Source of the DNA: the human T2T-CHM13v2.0 reference genome, Homo sapiens
Assembly: GCF_009914755.1 (NCBI RefSeq)
Contig: NC_060939.1
Strand: one strand, 5' to 3'
DNA: 64,000 nucleotides
In this document: positions 56,501 through 64,000 of the stretch, one piece after another
Layout: each line of letters begins with the position of its first letter
Numbering within the stretch: position 1 is the first letter of the stretch
Position numbers and translations under genes: made by a program
The notes under the pieces: generated by a model
Databases searched by the model: none
The model's input: only the letters and a program-made list of their open reading frames with translations
Told to the model about the DNA's origin: nothing

Positions 56501-59500
56501 CGCGTCCATTCCATTCCATTTCACTCCATTCGATTCCATTCCACTCGATTCCACTTCGTTCCATTTCATTGCATTCCATTCTATTCAACTCTATTGCCTT
56601 CCATTCCATTCCATTCGATTACATTCCATGCGATTCCATTCGAAATCGAATCAATTACATTGCAATCCATTACTATTGAGTCCATTTTATTCCAGTCCAC
56701 TGCATTCTGGTCCATTCCATTTGATTCCATTCCATTCTATTCCATTCCATACAGTTGCATTCCATTGGATTCCATTCTATATCTATAAATTCAATTCGAG
56801 ACCATTGCTTTTGAATCCATTCTATATGATTCCATTCCATTCAAGTCCATTACATTTGGTTCAATTCCATTCCATTCCATTCCCTTCCATTCCATTCCAG
56901 TTGATATCAATCCATTCGATTCCATTCCATTCGAGCACATTCCATTTGAGTCCATTCCATTCGATGCCATTCCATTTGATTCTATTCCATTAGTCTCCAT
57001 TCAATTCCATTAATCTCCATTCCATTCCATTCTACTCCAACTGATTCCATTCCATTCTATTCCTTTCCATTCCATTTCATTCCATTCCATTCCATTTCAT
57101 TCCATTCCATTCCATTCGTGTCCATTCCACTCCAGTCCATTCCATTCGTGTCCATTCCATTCCAGTCCATTCCATTTGTGTCCACAGCATTCCATTCCAC
57201 TCCATTCCATATTATTCCATTACACTCCATTCCATTCTATTACTTTCATTTCCATTCAGTTCCATTCCATTTGATTCCATTCCACTCGGTTTCATTCCAT
57301 TTGAGTCCACTCCATTCCATTCCATTCCATTCCATTCAGTTCCATTCCATTCTGTTCCATTCCATTCCGTTCCATTACATTCCATTCCATTCGGTACCAT
57401 TCCATATTGTTCCATTCGATTCCATTCGAATCCATTCCATTCCAGTCCATTCCATTCGATTCCATTCCATTCATTTCAATTCCATTCCATTCCATTCCAT
57501 TACATTCCACTTGATTCCTCTCCATTCCCTTCCACTGCATTCCATTCGATTCCATTCCATTGCATTGCATTCCTTTCCATTGGATTGCATTCCATTCGAT
57601 TCCATTCCATTCGAATCAATTACATAGCAATCCATTACATTCGAGTCTATTCTCTTCCGTTCCATTCGATTTCGTTCCAATCCATTCGATTCCATTCCAT
57701 TCGATTCCATTCCATACTATTGCATTCCATTCGATTACATTATATTCGAATAAGTTCCATTCAAGACCATTTCTTTTGAGTCCATTCTATTTGAGTCCAT
57801 TCCCTTTGATTCCATAACATTTGAGTCCATTCAATTCCATTCCTTTCGTTTCCATTCCATTTGATGCCATTCCATTCAATTCTGTTCTACTCGACTCCAA
57901 TACATTCAATTCCATTCCATCCGATTCCATTACATTCTTTTCATTTCTTATCCATTTCAAGCCATTCCACTCCATTCCATTCCACTCGTTTCCTTTCCAT
58001 TCGAGTCCATTCCTCTCCAGTCCATTCCGTTCAATCCATTCCATTCCAGTCCATTCCATTCGAGTCCGTTCCATTCCAGTCCAATCCATTCGAGTCAATT
58101 CCATCCCATTCGATGTCTTTCCATAATGATCCATTCCATTCTATTCCTTTCGATTCCATTCCATTCTATTTCATTCCATTCGATTCCCTTCCATTGGACT
58201 CCTTTCCATTCGAGTGCATTCCATTCCGTTCCATTTCTTTCCGTTCTGTACGATTCCTACCGTTCGATTTCATTTTCTTCCAGTCCATTCCTTTCGCGTC
58301 CATTCCATTCCATTTCACTCCATTCGATTCCATTCCACTCGATTCCACTTCGTTCCATTTCATTGCATTCCATTCTATTCAACTCTATTGCCTTCCATTC
58401 CATTCCATTCGATTACATTCCATGCGATTCCATTCGAAATCGAATCAATTACATTGCAATCCATTACTATTGAGTCCATTTTATTCCAGTCCACTGCATT
58501 CTGGTCCATTCCATTTGATTCCATTCCATTCTATTCCATTCCATACAGTTGCATTCCATTGGATTCCATTCTATATCTATAAATTCAATTCGAGACCATT
58601 GCTTTTGAGTCCATTCTATATGGTTCCATTCCATTCAAGTCCATTACATTTGGTTCAATTCCATTCCATTCCATTCCATTCCATTCCATTCCATTCCAGT
58701 TGATATCAATCCATTCGATTCCATTCCATTCGAGCACATTCCATTCGAGTCCATTCCATTCGATGCCATTCCATTTGATTCTATTCCATTAGTCTCCATT
58801 CAATTCCATTAATCTCCATTCCATTCCATTCTACTCCAACTGATTCCATTCCATTCTATTCCTTTCCATTCCATTTCATTCCATTCCATTCCATTTCATT
58901 CCATTCCATTCCATTCGCTTCCATTCCATTCGTGTCCATTCCACTCCAGTCCATTCCATTCGTGTCCATTCCATTCCAGTCCATTCCATTTGTGTCCACT
59001 GCATTCCATTTCACTCCATTCCATATTATTCCATTAAACTCCATTCCATTCTATTACTTTCATTTCCATTCAATTCCATTCCATTTGATTCCATTCCACT
59101 CGGTTTCATTCCATTTGAGTCCACTCCATTCCATTCCATTCCATTCCATTCCATTCAGTTCCATTCCATTCTGTTCCATTCCATTGCGTTCCATTGCATT
59201 CCATTCCATTCGGTACCATTCCATATTTTTCCATTCGATTCCATTCGAATCCATTCCATTCCAGTCCATTCCATTCGATTCCATTCCATTCCTTTCAATT
59301 CCATTCCATTCCATTCCATTCCACTTGATTCCACTCCATTCCCTTCCACTGCATTCCGTTCGATTCCATTCCATTGCATTGCATTCCATTCCATTGGACT
59401 GCATTCCATTCGATTCCATTCCATTCGAATCAATTACATAGCAATCCATTACATTCGAGTCTATTCTATTCCGTTCCATTCGATTTCGTTCCAATCCATT

Positions 59501-62500
59501 CGATTCCATTCCATTCGATTCCATTCCATACTATTGCATTCCATTCTATTACATTATATTCGAATAAGTTCCATTCAAGACCATTTCTTTTGAGTCCATT
59601 CTATTTGAGTCCATTCCCTTTGATTCCATAACATTTGAGTCCATCCAATTCCATTCCTTTCGTTCCCATTCCATTTGATGCCACTCCATTCAATTCTGTT
59701 CTACTCGACTCCAATACATTCAATTCCATTCCATCCGATTCCATTACATTCTTTTCATTTCTTATCCATTTCAAGCCATTCCACTCCATTCCATTCCACT
59801 CGTTTCCTTTCCATTCGAGTCCATTCCTCTCCAGTCCATTCCGTTCAATCCATTCCATTCCAGTCCATTCCATTCGAGTCCGTTCCATTCCAGTCCATTC
59901 CATTCGAGTCAATTCCATTCCATTCGATGTCTTTCCATAACGATCCATTCCATTCTATTCCTTTCGATTCCATTCCATTCTATTTCATTCCATTCGATTC
60001 CCTTCCATTGGACTCCTTTCCATTCGAGTGCATTCCATTCCGTTCCATTTCTTTCCGTTCTGTACGATTCCTACCGTTCGATTTCATTTTGTTCCAGTCC
60101 ATTCCTTTCGCGTCCATTCCATTCCATTTCACTCCATTCGATTCCATTCCACTCGATTCCACTTCGTTCCATTTCATTGCATTCCATTCTATTCAACTCT
60201 ATTGCCTTCCATTCCATTCCATTCGATTACATTCCATGCGATTCCATTCGAAATCGAATCAATTACATTGCAATCCATTACTATTGAGTCCATTTTATTC
60301 CAGTCCACTGCATTCTGGTCCATTCCATTTGATTCCATTCCATTCTATTCCATTCCATACAGTTGCATTCCATTGGATTCCATTCTATATCTATAAATTC
60401 AATTCGAGACCATTGCTTTTGAATCCATTCTATATGATTCCATTCCATTCAAGTCCATTACATTTGGTTCAATTCCATTCCATTCCATTCCCTTCCATTC
60501 CATTCCAGTTGATATCAATCCATTCGATTCCATTCCATTCGAGCACATTACTTTCGAGTCCATTCCATTCGATGCCATTCCATTTGATTCTATTCCATTA
60601 GTCTCCATTCAATTCCATTAATCTCCATTCCATTCCATTCTACTCCAACTGATTCCATTCCATTCTATTCCTTTCCATTCCATTTCATTCCATTCCATTC
60701 CGTTCCATTACATTCCATTCGCTTCCATTCCATTCGTGTCCATTCCACTCCAGTCCATTCCATTCGTGTCCATTCCATTCCAGTCCATTCCATTTGTGTC
60801 CACTGCATTCCATTCCACTCCATTCCATATTATTCCATTACACTCAATTCCATTCTATTACTTTCATTTCCATTCAATTCCCTTCCATTTGATTCCATTC
60901 CACTCGGTTTCATTCCATTTGAGTCCACTCCATTCCATTCCATTCCATTCCATTCAGTTCCATTCCATTCTGTTCCATTCCATTCCGTTCCATTGCATTC
61001 CATTCCATTCGGTACCATTCCATATTGTTCCATTCGATTCCATTCGAATCCATTCCATTCCAATCCATTCCATTCGATTCCATTCCATTCCTTTCAATTC
61101 CATTCCATTCCATTCCATTCCACTTGATTCCTCTCCATTCCCTTCCACTGCATTCCATTCGATAACATTCCATTGCATTGCATTCCATTCCATTGGACTG
61201 CATTCCATTCGATTTCATTCCATTCGAATCAATTACATAGCAATCCATTACATTCGGGTCTATTCTATTCCGTTCCATTCGATTTCATTCCAATCCATTC
61301 GATTCCATTCCATACTATTGCATTCCATTCTATTACATTATATTCGAATAAGTTCCATTCAAGACCATTTCTTTTGAGTCCATTCTATTTGAGTCCATTC
61401 CCTTTGATTCCATAACATTTGAGTCCATTCAATTCCATTCCTTTCGTTTGCATTCCATTTGATGCCATTCCATTCAATTCTGTTCTACTCGACTCCAATA
61501 CATTCAATTCCATTCCATCCGATTCCATTACATTCTTTTCATTTCTTATCCATTTCAAGCCATTCCACTCCATTCCATTCCACTCGTTTCCTTTCCATTC
61601 GAGTCCATTCCTCTCCAGTCCATTCCGTTCAATCCATTCCATTCCAGTCCATTCCATTCGAGTCCGTTCCATTCCAGTCCATTCCATTCGAGTCAATTCC
61701 ATTCCATTCGATGTCTTTCCATAACGATCCATTCCATTCTATTCCTTTCGATTCCATTCCATTCTATTTCATTCCATTCGATTCCCTTCCATTGGACTCC
61801 TTTCCATTCGAGTGCATTCCATTCCGTTCCATTTCTTTCCGTTCTGTACGATTCCTACCGTTCGATTTCATTTTGTTCCAGTCCATTCCTTTCGCGTCCA
61901 TTCCATTCCATTTCACTCCATTCGATTCCATTCCACTCGATTCCACTTCGTTCCATTTCATTGCATTCCATTCTATTCAACTCTATTGCCTTCCATTCCA
62001 TTCCATTCGATTACATTCCATGCGATTCCATTCGAAATCGAATCAATTACATTGCAATCCATTACTATTGAGTCAATTTTATTCCAGTCCACTGCATTCT
62101 GGTCCATTCCATTTGATTCCATTCCATTCTATTCCATTCCATACAGTTGCATTCCATTGGATTCCATTCTATATCTATAAATTCAATTCGAGACCATTGC
62201 TTTTGAATCCATTCTATATGATTCCATTCCATTCAAGTCCATTACATTTGGTTCAATTCCATTCCATTCCATTCCGTTCCATTCCATTCCAGTTGATATC
62301 AATCCATTCGATTCCATTCCATTCGAGCACATTCCATTCGAGTCCATTCCATTCGATGCCATTCCATTTGATTCTATTCCATTAGTCTCCATTCAATTCC
62401 ATTAATCTCCATTCCATTCCATTCTACTCCAACTGATTCCATTCCATTCTATTCCTTTCCATTCCATTTCATTCCATTCCATTCCATTTCATTCCATTCC

Positions 62501-64000
62501 ATTCCATTCGCTTCCATTCGTGTCCATTCCACTCCAGTCCATTCCATTCGTGTCCATTCCATTCCAGTCCATTCCATTTGTGTCCACTGCATTCCATTCC
62601 ACTCCATTCCATATTATTCCATTACACTCCATTCCATTCTATTACTTTCATTTCCATTCAATTCCATTCCATTTGATTCCATTCCACTCGGTTTCATTCC
62701 ATTTGAGTCCACTCCATTCCATTCCATTCCATTCCATTCAGTTCCATTCCATTCTGTTCCATTCCATTCCGTTCCATTGCATTCCATTCCATTCGGTACC
62801 ATTCCATATTGTTCCATTCGATTCCATTCGAATCCATTCCATTCCAGTCCATTCCATTCGATTCCATTCCATTCCTTTCAATTCCATTCCATTCCATTCC
62901 ATTCCACTTGATTCCACTCCATTCCCTTCCACTGCATTCCATTCGATTCCGTTCCATTGCATTGCATTCCATTCCATTGGACTGCATTCCATTCGATTCC
63001 ATTCCATTCGAATCAATTACATAGCAATCCATTACATTCGAGTCTATTCTATTCCGTTCCGTTCGATTTCGTTCCAATCCATTCGATTCCATTCCATTCG
63101 ATTCCATTCCATACTATTGCATTCCATTCGATTACATTATATTCGAATAAGTTCCATTCAAGACCATTTCTTTTGAGTCCATTCTATTTGAGTCCATTCC
63201 CTTTGATTCCATAACATTTGAGTCCATTCAATTCCATTCCTTTCGTTTCCATTCCATTTGATGCCATTCCATTCAATTCTGTTCTACTCGACTCCAATAC
63301 ATTCAATTCCATTCCATCCGATTCCATTACATTCTTTTCATTTCTTATCCATTTCAAGCCATTCCACTCCATTCCATTCCACTCGTTTCCTTTCCATTCG
63401 AGTCCATTCCTCTCCAGTCCATTCCGTTCAATCCATTCCATTCCAGTCCATTCCATTCGAGTCCGTTCCATTCCAGTCCATTCCATTCGAGTCAATTCCA
63501 TTCCATTCGATGTCTTTCCATAACGATCCATTCCATTCTATTCCTTTCGATTCCATTCCATTCTATTTCATTCCATTCGATTCCCTTCCATTGGACTCCT
63601 TTCCATTCGAGTGCATTCCATTCCGTTCCATTTCTTTCCGTTCTGTACGATTCTTACCGTTCGATTTCATTTTGTTCCAGTCCATTCCTTTCGCGTCCAT
63701 TCCATTCCATTTCACTCCATTCGATTCCATTCCACTCGATTCCACTTCGTTCCATTTCATTGCATTCCATTCTATTCAACTCTATTGCCTTCCATTCCAT
63801 TCCATTCGATTACATTCCATGCGATTGCATTCGAAATAGAATCAATTACATTGCAATCCATTACTATTGAGTCCGTTTTATTCCAGTCCACTGCATTCTG
63901 GTCCATTCCATTTGATTCCATTCCATTCTATTCCATTCCATACAGTTGCATTCCATTGGATTCCATGCTATATCTATAAATTCAATTCGAGACCATTGCT

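Larger units (their letters stand above)
1..64000 (+). repeat. Human satellite III (HSat3) tandem array, diverged (CATTC)n, C-rich strand on +; no non-satellite insertion seen
   Basis: Continuous ATTCC pentamers with variants (ATTCG, AGTCC, ACTCC, ATTTG, ATTGC) from end to end. It lacks the recurring ATGATG interruptions typical of HSat2 and has the same polarity throughout. Confidence 0.97.

Noticed and set aside
1-64000. CRISPR-like or prokaryotic repeat system
   Set aside because: No repeat-spacer architecture with unique spacers, no cas or other genes, and the sequence is a recognisable primate satellite.
1-64000. HSat2 (the chr1 array also has a ~1.8-kb period) or DYZ1 (~3.6 kb)
   Set aside because: It lacks the recurrent ATGATG motifs of HSat2, and the base period is ~1.8 kb rather than ~3.6 kb.
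1-64000. Inversions or Alu/L1 insertions
   Set aside because: No strand switch to GGAAT on the + strand, and no poly(A) tract or non-satellite sequence was seen.

Overview
The whole 64 kb window is one uninterrupted, single-orientation tandem array of human classical satellite III (HSat3): diverged (CATTC)n on the + strand and (GAATG/GGAAT)n on the - strand. The higher-order monomer is about 1.8 kb (modal 1794 bp) and carries one KpnI site (GGTACC), which best matches the D15Z1/HSat3A5-type array of chromosome 15p; that assignment is inferred, not verified by search. I found no genes, RNA genes, mobile elements or CRISPR. All listed ORFs are by-products of a stop-poor pentamer repeat. I see no evidence of a new protein-coding system; the interesting signal is structural and evolutionary. 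(1) The monomer is itself an old diverged dimer of 965+829 bp. (2) Every regular monomer spacing is 4 mod 5, so net indels are whole pentamers. (3) An identical 745-bp deletion occurs twice, 8210 bp apart, and an intact sister haplotype lies at about 29-30.8 kb. (4) Diagnostic SNP haplotypes reveal a hidden roughly 8-monomer (14.4 kb) super-repeat, chimeric monomers and local duplications. (5) There is a 105-bp duplication, small templated patches, and several doublet substitutions to AA/TT. All comparisons were made by eye.
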